Assembly: GCA_040954595.2 (NCBI GenBank)
Contig: CM082578.2
Span: forward strand, 4,384,831-4,448,830
Direction: 5' to 3'
DNA from: Balanoglossus misakiensis
Lineage: Eukaryota > Animalia > Hemichordata
Length of the DNA stretch: 64,000 nt
Below, piece after piece: positions 27,464-43,369 of this stretch. Position numbers and translations under genes: made by a program. A model generated the notes under the pieces. The model did no database searches. It saw only the letters and a program-made list of their open reading frames with translations, and was not told the DNA's origin. Position 1 is the stretch's first letter. The number at the start of each line of letters is the position of its first letter.

Positions 27464-30400
27464 ATACAAAGACGTCACCATGAGAGTAGAGTTTAGGTTT
27501 CTTTAAGACGCGAACGCGCGACAAGATCAAACACGGAAATAAAAGACAATAAAACAAAACGACTGCGTATAGCCACCGCAGTTGAATTACTGAATTTCGT
27601 TTCCATAGGTTCAGAGAACTGACATCCATTTACAACCAACCAGGACGGCAATTTCATTCTGCAATTTCTCCCGTATTTGCTACACACTCTTAAGCGAGAA
27701 GTAACATTAAGAGATGATGTCCAATGTAGCGCCCATACCCCAAAAGTGCAAGTATCTCATTCGTACCCGGAACCAAAGCATCATAATTCTCGTGGACGTG
27801 AAATTCGATGCGCACATCTGTGACATCTCCACGACGCCGGCGGTCTTTTGACTCGGATGAGGAACAGTGAAAAGGGTATTTTCGCGAATGCCGACCACGT
27901 CCGACTCAATCGGCACATCGGCGCCGCTACGACCTGCCAGGTACTAAAGTATATTCTCAGAAGATTTCCTCGGATGAGTAAAGAAAGAAAGATGGGTGTC
28001 ATGTCGCCTTACATACGTGGCACACTTCTCGATCCGATATTGAATTAAAACCCGGCACCTTTTAAACAGCGATAAAGGAAGTCCTCAAGTTTATCGGGTG
28101 TTTAAACTTCGGCGCTCTCTGACGAAACTGTTGACGCATGCACAGTAACCACGGAGGTGTAAAGGGAGATGGGACGACCTTAACCCAAGTCTGCGAGGTG
28201 ACGCGGAACGGCTCCTAAAATACTTGTGGCGGGGACCCGTCCACATGTCATTGTGAATTAGATACACACTGAAGTACTCGTTGATGGATAACTAATATCA
28301 CATCCTCCCATGTACAGGGCTAGCAGAATGTAGGTATTTTCTCCACTGGCGTGTGATTACATAAGTTTAAAACGAAAGACGATGTTTTGACATGCGCCCA
28401 CGATTGATAGCTGTAAAGAGAGAGTCAGCAGGTTTAGAAGGAAAGGCCGTTAGATTTGTACAAGCAAGCCTATGCTTTGCGTTATTACGCAACAGAAATT
28501 GAATTTTGTAAAACAAAGTATCGTGTTAGCGCCTCTCGACGGCGTCTCTCGTCGTCACAGCTGCTAGTTTATTTATGAGGCCAATTTGTAGTACTCAACT
28601 CCAACAGTATATTTTTGCCAAGCCTACCTATGCTGTTGTCTACAAAGAATGGGTATATTGATCATTTGAGAGAGAGGGGGAGAGAGGGAGGGAGAGAGAG
28701 AAACGGGCAGACAGAGACAAAGCCTTGGAAAGTTGAAAGACATCACGTGGGTGAAGTGTAATATTTTTCTCAGAGTGTTGACAATTGCATAAATACGTAT
28801 TGCCTTTGACTAATTCTTGTGCATTCGCGCGACACTCACGTAGTAAATGACATTTAGCGAATTTTATCCAAATCCCCTTCAGTTTTCTCAGACTTTTCCT
28901 GGTGACATAAACATTAGAAGCGAATATTTCCCATACATGTATTTGTCGATCTACAGGATTGGCGTCTCTCGTAGTGGTAATGACCTCATGTGTACTGTAT
29001 GACAAGGCCATTTCTCGCCGATACAGTCACTGGAAAGTTATTCAAAGTGTGAGTTGGAATCATTATAATTACATGTACATGTAGTTCGACCCCTGGATGA
29101 CCAGGGTCCGAAATGTACCGAACAAAACGTTTGCAACGCTGTAACTAGCAGACGATGCCTGTCACTTGGCACCGGAAATAGTACCATCCCCTGCATATAT
29201 ACCATTTCAGAGCCAAGAAACCATGGAAACGGGAAAATAGATTATAATCTATAACCACTATCAATGCATTGACTCCCAAACTCACATGCATGGTTCTTGA
29301 AAATATCGCAGATAAGAGCGTTGTTAAATCATTACTCATTGCAAGTCGGCGCAACATGCGCGATTGTAGAAATATAAATTAATTTCAAATTTGAAGCGTC
29401 TCATGGGGTCAACATGAAAAAGTGACCATCGATTGCAGCTTCGGAAATTATTCCCGATGAACGATCTGCCTTAATTGGTATTTGGTATGGTACTGCTGTA
29501 AGGATATCATTGACGTATTATAGTAAATTAATGTAGCGAAAAAATAATAATATGTTATCAATAAAATATTAGTACAAGCCAACAATCTTTCTTCCAAATA
29601 TGTACTAAGAGCCGTATCTTTAGAGAAAATGTCGGAAATTGTTATCTGGTGGCCGTATCGTGAATCACCAAAATTAATGAGTTATACTTGCGCCACGTCT
29701 GAAAGAAATCAGACATGTCTGGGTTTGGGCTGCGAAAGAACGAATGAATATATGTCCTGAGGACTGTGTTCGCGGAGAGACACGATAATGATTTAAATGG
29801 GTAAATAGCCAACATTTTTAAGACACTACAATTTAGTGGCACGGCACGAATACATGTAGGTGATGGCTATACACGTACATACATGTACATCTATATTGGT
29901 CCGTAGTTGCCCCATGGATTCTCGTGAAACAAGGGTCGATGGTTTCACTCTGAAAACGTAATGTGATTATTGTTACCCCCTTATAAAAGCTATACATACT
30001 TTTGAAATACTCATAATCACAAATAAACAAGAACTGTCAATATATTCACGCCCCGGCGCATTATTAGAGGAGCACATGAAAAGTCTGTTTCATAGCGCAT
30101 GTCTTGTCTTGAATCAGTGGAATTACTGAAGTTTTAGAAGAATTATCAAAGTTTTCACTGACTGAAACTAGAATAAAATGTAAAAGTGGGTGAAAAAAGC
30201 ATATATCAGATAAAGTAACTGCATGTAGTTAGCAAATAGATAGTAGTACTATTTATTTACATACGTACTTTCTTGATTATGGTAACACTTGGCCTGTCTT
30301 GCGGACATTAATTACAGAATACATAATTTTTCATTTTTTTTTCTTTTTCGCGGCCGTTTTTCCCAAACCCAGGGCGAAACAGCCGGTGGACATCATTGGT

Positions 30401-32148
30401 CACGTACGCACGGAGAAAGGAGTGAGATGGTTAACAGATCATTCACCGAATGATATGTGATCTCACAGATCAATCTGACCACCCATCTATACACAGCGAA
30501 CGGTTCCGATGTACGGTCTCACTTGCAAAGCTTGGCTGCCCCAGGCGGCGGGGGTGAAGGACCCTTGTATTCATCCCACCCCGGCGTTAATGCGCGACCC
30601 TTGATTCAGTCTCTTGCAGGCCGAGAGTTGCAATAATTCAAGGACACCCGACTGCGTGCCCACTTATCAGTGTGCTCGTATGCAAACGCATGCAAAGCTT
30701 GGTCATTAGCAGATACTTGTATGTTGTTGTTTTTAATACTTTTTACAGATGTACATGTACAAAAGACCGATAGATATCAGTTTGGGTGCCTTTCAAATCA
30801 TGGCCTAAAATAAAAATCGTCGGGTGTATTTTATAGCTAAACCATCATAAATAAACAAAACATGTTATTTGTGTTGTGATTCGCCAATGTGCTGTCACAT
30901 AGGGTGTGTCAGTTTGGCGCTGTTGCCAGGCAGGCAACAGTCCCGAAAACTGTTGCCTGGCTGAGTTAGGAAGCACCATCTACGCACGCGCACCGAGAGC
31001 AACCAGATGACAGTGGAAAATGTTCCCGATTTGTGCCTAAGTCTATTCCATGCTGTATGTATATTCGAGTGTTTGGTCTACTAAAATGAATATCACTTGA
31101 ACTAATGCTCGGGCAACATCATTAAGTAGTGCAAGATAGATTAGTCAATATTGATGCTAGGGTCATTGACGGACAGGAAATGCCAACGCAAAGAAGTGAC
31201 CTTGATGCCTAGCGTAGCCCTCGTCTTGCACGTTGCATTTGAATTTTAATTGACTCTATCATATCCTGTTTACCCTTAGACTAAATTAAAAGCATGACGT
31301 CACAACCATTGTATTGTACAATAAGATGGATATAGTTGCCTTTAGAAAAAAACTGGAAAATAAAGCGTGCGTTTTACATTTTCTAGCAGTATTTGAAAAG
31401 AGAGGAACATTTCCACACGGCCTAATTGTGATCATTAGGGGTTTCTCAAATAACTCTAGCTTCTGGCTATTGTTTCAGTATTTCTTTACCTCCAATGAAC
31501 CACCTCTGGTTTCTTGTTCTTCTCCGGATAGCCTGACATGTTCAGTCTTTGGCTTCTTATCAAACCGGTTGTTGCTGACAAATGAATTTTAATCCGGACA
31601 AGAATTCAATGTTCAACAACTTCACAACCACAAAACGGTTGTGTTGCAAAAGCAAATGCCGAGAAATTCTCCGTGTTTCACAGAGTAGAACAAGAAACCA
31701 CAGTTGATACACAAAATAAAAACACTGAGAAATGTCCCAAAGTTGAGGGTTATTGGAACTTCAAGGTAGATATTTGCTTTCTTTCTCGAGCAAGAATTTT
31801 TGCATTATCAGGGGTAACGTTGTACATGTAGGTTATGGCCTGTACAGTTTACCCTTCCCCGAGGCCGTCGATTCATTTCATTCGGTGTGCAAGGGTAGCG
31901 GTAAAGACATTAGTTTAAAAATCCATGACAGACTTGTATAACAAACGTCTATAGCTATGCAAACATCCAACGAGAAAAGTTTTTCCTTTGACTTGTTAGA
32001 AATAACCGTGTCGATCTTTTTCGTATTAATTATCTCTTAAGAGAGCAATCACGTGGATTATTGTCTTTAATTTGCATACGCTATGGCGAATACTCAAGTA
32101 AACTGTTATTGAAACCACACATTGAAATCGAAGTACTCATGTCTTCTG

Positions 32149-32215
32149 AGACAGACAGATAGACAGTCAAACAGACGGACAGACGGACGGACAGACAGTG
32201 AGTGAGTGAGTGAGT
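32149..32215. repeat. Compound (GACA/GACG)n-(GTGA)n microsatellite
   Basis: Seen directly. Confidence 0.8.
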
Positions 32216-35200
32216 ATTTTAAGATCAGCATTATAAGGGATTTAATGTTATTTCTCACTGTTTTATGTTCTAACAATTCTCTGTTTCACATACTTCTCGT
32301 TTTGATCGACTTTGACGAGATTCACTGCCGGGAATTTTCTCCGATGCACCCGAATATCTGCTTAATGTAACGATGAGAAAAACTGAGAAGCATGTACATT
32401 TCTATTTTCTGACAGCAACAAGCTCGGTGGAGACGATTAACCCGCATTAAAATATTAAATGCAAGTGGATGAAGCTGTTCCAAATGGGCACGCCGTAAAA
32501 TGATCGTACTATGTTTCATATTTGATGTACTTTGGCGATAATATAAAAACTCTAATGGACACCAGTGTAGTCTAATGGTATTAGTAATTTCTGACGAGTA
32601 ACATTTAATATAGTCGGCTTAATGCTCACACTCTATAACAATCATGTTGCTCTGAAGACATCGTATTTCATTGAAAAGAAGCAGCAGACAACGTTATTTT
32701 GGCACAATACGTTGAGAATATCAACGCTCAGTTTGGTTGTTTGTATTACAGCGATGATAGCGGCAGTATAATTGGTTGGCGATGATGCATTTCTGGTTCG
32801 ACGGAGATCTATATGTACCTAAGGGAACCAGCTGTTTCATCTCTAACCCCGAGTCTTTTACTTACATGTAGCCGAGTTCACTTTTATTACATATTGTAAT
32901 TCAGGCGTGTACATTACGAGTTAGGTTCATTGGCTTAATACTTAATACTTAATAGCAGGCAAACGAAAGGGCTTTTAAATTTGGAAATGTACATTTTCAC
33001 GGCAACTATTTTTTGATCGAAATGATAACTCTCCCGATAAAACTATTGTAATCCTTATTATGGACTAATCCATCACAAAAAAATTACATCAGACGAAAAC
33101 ATTCCACGTCCGATTGCATGAAGGGGGTTTACATTGAATGGACATTAAAACAGGTATAGAATTTCGGATCAACAAGAATGGTCTGGAGACCAACCGTACA
33201 CCTGAACTGCATGATGAGTCGACGCTCTCGATAGCTCAGAGGATAATGCAACGTGGTACTAAAGACACAGTGTTTGAAATGAAGAACTGACAGCATATAT
33301 TCCTGCAGAATGACGCCCTTGATTGGTCATTCCTTTCAACTTACGAACGGGGATCCAGTGTCCCGTGAATCCACCGATAGATATTTTAATAATGTCTATT
33401 CATAAAAGTCAAAGGTTCTGTAGATGAGTCTCGGGAGGCATAGTTACAGGCCTTAATGTGTTGTGGGTCACTTGTTATTATATAATATAATTTCTACAAT
33501 GAGGACCATCTGTGTGTATGAAGCATGAAGCAATATGAATTGCACCAGCAGAGAGTCGGTTTGGACAACTTTCCTTGACTGAGCGGTATCGAGTGCCGGT
33601 ATAGAATATTTCGGTTGGTGAAGATGTCTTACTTATTCTTTACTATCAATCACGTGATCTGGCAATGTGTCCCATGGCGCAGTCATTTCCAGATGACGGG
33701 CAAGCAATATTTCGGCACCCAGTAAAAGTTTTTCCGAGTATGTTTTTACTTTAGAACCGCCAAACACATAACATGTATCATGTATGTTGTCTCATCAGCC
33801 TCATTGCATTTCGTCTGCACAGTCTTTGTCTGCACCACGTAAGTCCACGTTGCTGAAGTTGCCCGTCATCTGGAAATTTGAATGCGACCGTAACTGCCAC
33901 CTGAACGCGTCTGACGTCATTTGATAGCGAAGAATAGAGTCATAAAAATCACAGTTGTGTTGATTAGAATTTCGAATAACCCCCCCCCCCCTCTCCGCGC
34001 CCAACCAACCATGGCAACTTTGACAAATTGCATGCTTTAATGGCGCTGCGGAAATAAAAATGAAATGATCTGCAGTTCGTAAAACATTCTCGCAGCCATG
34101 GTTGACGACACGTAACGTTATTCATTTGTCATCTAGATAGTTAAAAATAGATATTGTCCATGAGTCCTGTTTCCTCATTTCGTAATATTTTAATAAATCT
34201 AGATCAAACTTTCTGGTTTAATTATTTTTCTGCGGTTTAAAATCTTAATATCTTCATTTTTCACGCCGTATTTACTTAGCTGAATCTTTTCTTTGTAACA
34301 TTTGGTTCTTGTTAAAATGGACAGTTTCTTTTTTTTATTTCTGCAATATCAACCCTGGAGATGGTTCAGATTTCCCTTGCTCTTTAAATCATTCTGACGA
34401 TAATTTATGAAGCTTAGCTTGCGATTTACGGGGATTTTATTGGTTGAGTAATACTTATCACTTCCAACATGACAGCTACAAAACACCACGGGAGTCACTG
34501 CACAAAATCAGAGCATCAAACTGATTTGTTTTATGACTTTTATTCGGACAAAATAATAATAATCATAATACTGGTGACGATGTCCTCATTCTGTAGGCCT
34601 GTAGGATTCTTCGCGAGGGCGCCACTTCCGTAATTGGATGCCATTTGTTCAAGTCAACCCGTAACGTCCAGGTAATCAAATCTTGTAAAGCTGTGTATAA
34701 AGCAGGTCTGGCATATAAAATTGTTGCACTTATGGCACGTGGACCCAAATTTATATATGCTACTCTGGGATGAATTTCACAAAAGGACCAACAGGTCATC
34801 TTTCCCACGGCCCTTTGATTGGTCCACTGAGTTGTGTAATGTAAAATACGAAAAGGTGCACTTTAGGTATACAGTTGTACACATTTTGTTCACTGTTAAA
34901 AACTAATTTGTCGGCGTAAGTTTCGAATAGAATTCACAAAACGTCATAAATTATCCATCCAAGTAATGCGTGTCTGGTAAGAAGCCGTACCCCACCTTAC
35001 AAATGAAGACAAATGAATAGCCAAACACTGAAAAGCTATACCATTCACAGACTATATGTCAGTGAAAATGCTCCATCGAAGACCCGAAATTTTGAATATC
35101 AAACAAATCTCAACGGAAATATTCAACCTGTCATACTAATACAGGACAAATGTCAACCCTTTCAATCAACAATTATTCGCATAATCACAATCAAGTGATA

Positions 35201-38200
35201 GATAATGTACAGATGCTATGCTACATTGCGCGCTAAAGTAGCGGACGAAAGGCAATACTCTCCGTGAGCCAGCTGCCCCCCACCCGTAGCCCAACCTCAT
35301 TTTCAGAGTATTAATCTTTCATTACGGGGGTCCAAAAAAACCACATTTATCACGGGACTAGCACCAACGACTTCAGTACGCAATGACGCCACTGTGTGTG
35401 TGTCCATTTCCCTTTACATTCGCACTCAGGGTCTCCGAATTATCATCATGAACAACCTTTTTGGTCCGACCGCGTGATCCCGTCTGTCTCAATATCAGAA
35501 AGGGTTGTGTCTCCGTCGCCTATTTAGTAACGTTTTCAATATTCTTTGGTTGCAGGACCGATAAATAAACAATGAGTAATGTCCTTCTTGCATGTTCTTA
35601 CCAGGCCTTTTGTTCTGCGCATGTGAATAGCCTCGTTCTGGAAAATATGTTCCACCTGCAGCCAATCCGTTGTCGAATGACGTTGCCTCTGGTGTATTTC
35701 GATTGTCTTGTCATTTGCATCGGTCGGCCTATGAGATAACTACACTTTTATGCGACCCAGCTCGGCTTTCACCTGTCACATGATAGTTTGTGGGGTTTTA
35801 TATGTTTTTGCTACAAGTAACTTTAAGCGATGTTTTATTTCGAGTCTTTAATTGGCTCTCCCGCAGCTGTTGTTAGGTGCGTGGTTCAAGGATGATGTTG
35901 CCCGGATGTTGCATCTGTGACAATGCAAAAACTCACCGTTGTTGTGAACCTTTCTGGTGATATTTGTATCAAACATTAAAAACACTATTTTCATAACAAC
36001 AGTCTGCTATGTGTCAAGGAAAACCTTTGCAAATCGCTTCATGAATATTCATGCAGCAAGTAGTGCTTCTCCAAACCTTTGTAGGGAAGACCACAAGAGT
36101 GACCAAATTCTGTCGTTGCCCGTGGTACCAGAGCAAAGCACATGCAGTACTGACGTGGCTACTGTACTGGATTACCCTTGCCGACGGTACATCTGCCCTC
36201 GCGCACGACGGAAAGAATACTCCAATAAAATGCGAACGACAACATTAACACTGTTCATGTCGACAATTCTTTCTTTTTATCGCGTTGACATAAACTTCGA
36301 AGTGGCCACTTTCCATCAAAGCCATATCACCTTACATCGAAACCAATAGAAACCTCCGATATTTTGGTCCCACGTTGGGCTTTACGCGCACAAGGGTGGA
36401 AGACCTTCCATGAACTTCATCTGTGAGACTACATCACGAGGTTATAGTGTTTTGCTGAGCTCACGACCACCTCAAAGACCGAATGTGTGTCTGTGCATAA
36501 TAGAGCGGGATATTTTTTTTTATTTTTTTTATTGAGGACCCGACGTTTGATAAAAGAATATAAATGATGTATTTCCCTCCATGTGGTTTATTGTACTCTT
36601 TAAACTCATCACTTCACAGGAGTCCAACTTCACTAACCATCAAACGGTGGAAGTAGCAACGTTAAAAAAAACCTTCACCCCACGAAGTTCGCTCTGGGTC
36701 AGTTTTTTTTATGGTCTACACGTCCACGTGTCCACTGGATCAAATGTAGTGACTGCACACCCCGGGCCTCCCAAAATGTGTTAGGTCGTTGTGGGTCGAC
36801 GAAAAAACTTGCTGACATGGCAACCTTTACTATGATCCTCGCGAGTGGGGCAAATGTAAGAAAAAGTTGCATATAGCCGCGGTCATAATTATGCGCCATG
36901 TCGTCAGACAACTTCAATAAAGACGTCTTCTGCACGTTGCGGTTTCAGTGTGCATTCCGCCTGTGCTGTACGTGGTGGTCGCGAGCTGTCTACTGTATAC
37001 ATGTAAGTCCGCGTTCACAAATATTGGGGATAGGGACGTAGAATTTGTTATCTCCTCTATAACCACAGCCGCGCAAAGTTAGATCCCTCGTCACCGTGCC
37101 CTTGGCCGGAATTTTCCATTTGCCCACCACCAATCCATGTCGGTGTTCTTCCCAGACATTTCTGATACAGCAGCCACCAATTTGCATGGGAATGTTATGG
37201 ATTACGATTTCATGCCGTTATTTTTCCAAAATTAAAGAGTCGTGACGTCGTATTCTGTGCTAAAAGTTTTGATAAAAAGGCGTACAAAAGACATTTTTAT
37301 TTGAAATTGTCTAATATCGTTTTTTCTTTGGTTTCCAATTTCATTTGTGTATAAAAATATTAATAATAGAGTATAGTGGCCCGTCTTTTTATCATGCAGG
37401 GCTTGCGCGCCTTGCAATGCGACCAAAGAACGCCTGGATGAGCTGGCCAATGACGTCAATTGTATTTACATAATTGTTTTACGTCACGGTAAACGCTTCC
37501 ACCGAGGTACATCTCTATGACAATGTGTGTCTCCAAGAGCGGAATTTCACCAGGGTCAGATGACAGTGACTGACAACTGTGCGTCGCCACTAAAGCACTG
37601 CTGACCCATTGAAGTCAGCCATTTCACATGCGGCCTTTCGCTTGGTCACTGCATCATACAGCAAAAGAAGCAGGATTTTATTCGCCCCCTGCTTTGCGAA
37701 TATATCTTTATTCCTGGCAACGGCTTGTCCTTGAGTGCGTGCGGTCACTACTCTTTAACGCCAGACATCATAGTTCATTCCACCAGTGTGCTGTTAAAAT
37801 TGACCTTGGCCCCCCATGAGAGACTGAACTTGAGCGCAGACCCGTCGTTAAGCCATTTATCTTTAATATAAAACAACGGTTATGAGGCTATGATATGTAA
37901 ACACAAGATAGTAAAACGGTGTTGGGCGATCCCTTCTATCAAGAATGTGCTTGCTTGTCTTCTTTCGGAGAGATTTGTAAAAAAATCAATGTGCTTTACA
38001 ATTCTCAGAACGGCGTGTATTGGAATATCTGTACTTTTCATGAATAAACTTATGAAACTTCATTAAACAGATACAGACTGCTCAGCCCTTCAAGTAGGTT
38101 TTCGATTTTCGTATATACCTAGAGATATCCGACATTTCGACAGAGAGCACCAGAATATAGACTGAGGCTACTGGCCATTGCAAATAAGCAGTTTTGGCCG

Positions 38201-39919
38201 CATTGGTAATTAAATTTACAAGTTTTTACAAGGTTTTGCATTTTTTTGCAAAGTAAATAGTTCCCGAAATTATTTCTTTGTTTATTGAACTGTTTGTAAG
38301 GGGCATTTATTTTGTGTAGATTTTTTATGAATGTGTCTGTATGTATGTAGGTAGACGCTCTTAAAATTCACTTTGCATCAACGTGGTGCCCAAAATATTA
38401 CATCAAAGTTACACTTGGAAACAAAATGGTCGCCACAACGGTGGACAAAATTTGCGCCCATATTGTCTTCCTCCAGCATTCTCCAAAAATCAAATGTGTT
38501 AGCCTTAAGAGAATAATATTCCTTTTGTAGTAGAATTTGCTCCGTGTATTTGTTCGGGCCATTCATCTTCACTCGGTCATCTTCATCTTGGCCATCTTCT
38601 GTTCTGTGTTCGTGACAAGTCAGACTCTTAACCACGTCATCAAACCTGCAACGAGCCGTGGACCACAACTTCTCCGGTCAACATTAAACCTTTCAACGTG
38701 GACATAAAGTGCATATCGCGTTTAATTGTCGATTTCAGGAAAAAATGGCGCGATTCTCGTGGTGTACTGTATTCACGGGGAGGGGGGGGGGGGGTTCTAT
38801 CCTTAAGATCAACCTGAATGTTTGGCAAACGCATTTTCACTGAAGTAAGATGCTAATGAATATTCTTACGAGTGCAAGCATGGCCGTGCTGCGTCTTGTC
38901 CGATTGGGGATCGTTGAGGCTGGGTCACATTTATCATCCCCCTGCCTTCATAATTGTCATGTAGCTGTTGTAATGGATACAGAATCTGTTTGGATTTCAC
39001 CCAAACAGCCTATAAGTGTTATCCAGGAGTAGCGGCTCATTTATTTTCCCAAGAACGCGTAACGATCGTCTCATCCTCGGTGTTGAAGCCACAGTTTAAT
39101 TACGACAGCCTCAGTTCCGGTAGTAAGCGGTGTACAGTATAGTCTCTGGGCAAATAAACAACGCCAAACGATCTGTGTTTAGACGTAATGTCAGTACACA
39201 GGGTGACATGGCGTAAACATTGGAAATATTCAAGCATATGGTTGAGCTAAATCCACCAGTGGAAAATAATTCAGTAAATCAAAATGGTGCTGTAGCAATT
39301 TGTTAGAAAATTGCGAGACATCTTAAGATGGCCAATGTTGGTTTCTTACAAGTGTCACGTGGGTCAAGTAGCTTTCAGACCAACATATACAAACTTGATT
39401 GTGATCTTCCGGAGGTAGAGATTTCCTCAGTATTTCAAATATTATACGTAAAGGTATACATTGAGAATTTGGTAAACCCGACAAGTCGCCCAAATCTTTG
39501 TCCCACGAAGTCCGATTTTCTGAAACACCTGCGTTGTGTGACATTAAAAAGACATCATACGAGAATTACAAGCAAGAGATTTTCACAGATTACATGTACT
39601 AAAAAATATAGGGATCTTAAAGAAGAAATCATGATGACCGATTATGATAAAGGTTTGTTCGTTAGAATGTTAACTCGGCATTGAACATCTGTTTCAAACT
39701 GCGTGAAATCGAGAGAAGAGCTGACAAATTTCGTACAAATATTTGCCTGAGGAGAGATCTATGTTGAACGATTCTGTATAAACCTCTCAGTTACATGTAC
39801 ATGTATGACTACACCAAGCATGGCCGACAACCTTTAATTGGTCTGCTTTTTGTACAATACATTTCCATCACCGCATCACCGCCTCCACAGTCGTCATCAT
39901 GATCATGATCATCATGACA

Positions 39920-40030
<111 letters not shown>

Positions 40031-43000
40031 TACCGCCACCAACGTGACCAAGCTTTGATTACTTGAAGACAAGTCATCTCGGAATAACCAAACGTAATAC
40101 TGTATTTCCTTGATGCGTTGCCATATGTCAATATTAAGGTACTTGGGGAATTCAATTTAACTTGAACTTACGAAGATGATCATACAATATATATTCTTAT
40201 TCGGAAATGCCACGCTTTTACGGAATAGAACTAAAAACACAGCTAATATTTTCTTTTTCAGAATATGATAGATGGGCTTCGGTGTCGCTTATTTGGCTTT
40301 GCTAAACAGTAAAAATGCCACCGTTTAAAATAAAAAATAAATACATGCATTTTCAAACGCTAACATATACATTCCGCCTGTTAAAGGCGAAAACCGACGA
40401 ACTGATAACATCGTTATAAATACATTGCAATGAGTGTCGTAAAAATGTCGCCATATTTTGGTTTGACGTACATACAATGTAGTCCAGACTATGGGAACAC
40501 ATTCCCTTATAATTTCCGCCATTGTCACCAGACTACTGATTCCCAGTTACTGCAGAAACAAGGGCAATTTTGGAACTTGAAATATATGTCTGGCTTACAG
40601 TTGAATAAATATTCCCACCAAACGGTTAAATAGATATATGGAGTAAGAAACAACTTGAAAACAGAGCCACGGCGCGCAAGGTCAGAAGTCTTTGCTCTCT
40701 CGTTATGCTGGCCTTCCAAATTTGGCCCCGCAAAAAATATACATTTGGGAGGTGAAGTGTGTATTTCCGTCCGCCTTCATTGAGGATATAGGTTTCTTGT
40801 TTGTCGCCGGCATGACAGTGATGAAATGCCCGGGGTGAAGATTAATCGCTGTAACTGTTCATGTGGTTACGTTCTGTTTAGTCTGTTATCTGCGATTTGC
40901 AAAAGTTTCTTTTGCAAATAAGTTGAAATTTCCTGAGGAGACTTTATCTGACCTAGAAAATACCGGAAGGTTTAGCTCCTGCTGGCGGTGCAACGACGAC
41001 GGAGACGACTTCCAACCACTACCGCAAACATTTTCTTAGTACAGCTCTTGCTCCCCTGTCAGTTTTATTGCCGGGCACTATGAATATAGACTGTCCTACT
41101 TCAGCTTTGGTTTGGTAACGAACTTAAATCCAAGCGCACCTTAATTTACGACACAGATGCACTTGATGATAAATCTACAGTCGGCCGTATTTCTGGTGTG
41201 TTTTAACGTTCTGCACAGTTCTACAATTCCGCATTCACTTTAGTGGTCAGCGCGGCCATGGGGCTTCATGGCTTTCTGCTCACGTTCCACCGTCCGCCAG
41301 CTCTAGGCTAGCTTGCCGTCCTATGGATGCGCTATGAAATCCCACAATAGCGAGAGGATAGACAGGAACCATATTCTGATTTTTACAATATTCGTTCATC
41401 ACAGACGTCAGTCGGTTTAATACATCATTCAAGTTACTTCTTGAAGATAGCTCGATTAATATTTTAATCACTTTAGAACAAACTACATAACTTCTTGATG
41501 AGTTAACAAACAGGCGCTCAGAGCTAGTCTAGGCTAATTTATATTAGTTTTCATGGAGTCAGCCATTTCCCAAATTTTCAAAAGTCAATAATTGGGGCAT
41601 AATTTTTACTCTGGGATTTGATCGATCGGTCCGTCTGTGTTAATATTTGTAGTTTTCTATTTTAACAAGGGAATGATACCAGTATTTAATACATTACTTT
41701 TGTCAATCTAAACACTTAACTCATTCACCTTTCTTCAGACCAGACCTTTGACCATGGCAGTATATCTTTATAGATACCGGTGCATGGTCGGCGTTGTTGT
41801 GGTGGCATGTCTCCGTGAGAATATTTTTTGTACATTTTGTCGGGGGAGGTGGGGGAGGGGTCGAGATCTTTACAAGCTTGGAAGTATAATTTCAAGAAAA
41901 GTTTGTATCAAGGCCGGGATCAAACAAGTGTCTGTGACCTAAGCTTATTACAACTAGTGATCATCGATCGGAGAACTGAACGGGCAGGACAAAAAAACAT
42001 TTCAATTCTTGAAGAATTCTTGCGATGAAAGATGTTCTCAGTCCCACGCATGGTGCCACGTGGGATGCACATTGTCAAAATGTTTTAAAATAATAAACTT
42101 ATCAATGTGTTGCATAAGTGATTTCATTCTGTCCGTTGCGTTGCTCATGCATGTTCGCTGCGCAGAGCTGTTGATTGATCGTCAAGAATAAACATTTTCT
42201 TCCAGTACTGCCAGGGACACTCTGGATGGAAGAGCGCCGACGTAGGCCAAAGAGAAAAAAGTTAATGTTCAAACTGATCACACAGCGGTACCAGTCAGTC
42301 AAAAAGAAGTAAATTTGTTTGAAAAGGGTCGCGTTATCGAACGTGCCATGCGCCCGTCATGTACTGAGCCCCGGAAGAAAAATTTAAGGAATATATTTTC
42401 CACATCATAACTCTATGAGTTAGCCCTGGAACCCATTTTTTTTGCTTTGAAGGGTGGGCATGTAAAATAATATAACTTGAAGGTAACTTCAAAAGAATTG
42501 ATTCTAATGTAACCAATGACTGAAGTACTGGTAAAGGCAGACGTTTGCAGAAAACTTCAGCTTCAGTTATGCCCCTTTTGTGGGCGATGGATGAGATCCT
42601 AGGAGCAGCGAGACGCTTGAACTGGTGACCTGGGTCACTGAGTTCCATTTTCGCACGTGACACGGAGTTTCTGGTGAACACATGGACTATTCATCAACTT
42701 TTTACGATAACATGGCTACCAAATTTAAAAAAAATGAGTTTTATCTGCGATCTAGGTTCGACGTGAATCGGAACAATGTTTATATCGCGCAATGCCAAGT
42801 TGACCGGGCCGTAAAATAAAACTTGATGGTAAAGTTTCATTTCTATGGCATTATAAAACGAAATGTGGACTCACTTATAAAATGTACTCAGGCGGTTTGC
42901 CTGTGATTTAGTCTCAGACATTCGTCATTGTGTGATCCCCGGGAGGGGGGGGGGTACCCTGAAGCATGCCTTGCTCATAGATCTCAATTTAAAAGCTATC

Positions 43001-43369
43001 GGCGTCTCAGTGTCTTAGCATTGCGACCACAACCATATACATACCCTATACTTTCCCTTCAAGCGAAGAATATGTGTTTTGGGTTGTTCTTCGTGTATAC
43101 CGGGTTAGAATGAAATTTACCTCCTGTCGGATTGTTTCCGCCGTAGTTATATTTTCAACGGGTTTCTCAGCAAACGAAACTGTCCCCCACCCCACCCCAC
43201 AAACACGTGTATATGTAATATCTCATAAGCTTGTTTCATACATTTATCCCGGTATAAATAATTAATTTTTACCAGTGGCGCTGTACAAAGCTTCATTGAC
43301 ACCAAATCCCGTCACTGCACAGATTTGCCAGATACTGCAGGAGCTAAACCCCATATTTTGGCATAATTA

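Noticed and set aside
27768-27940. Minus-strand frame containing VHENYD (serine-protease-like)
   Set aside because: No flanking protease motifs (TAAHC, DIAL, GDSGG) in frame or in nearby exons.
30400-30720. GC-richer segment that might be a SINE or conserved non-coding element
   Set aside because: No A/B boxes, tail or TSD identified; cannot be supported without a database.
31489-31575. Possible minus-strand exon (MSGYPEKNKKPEVVHW) with AG/GT ends
   Set aside because: No phase-compatible partner exon or homology found.
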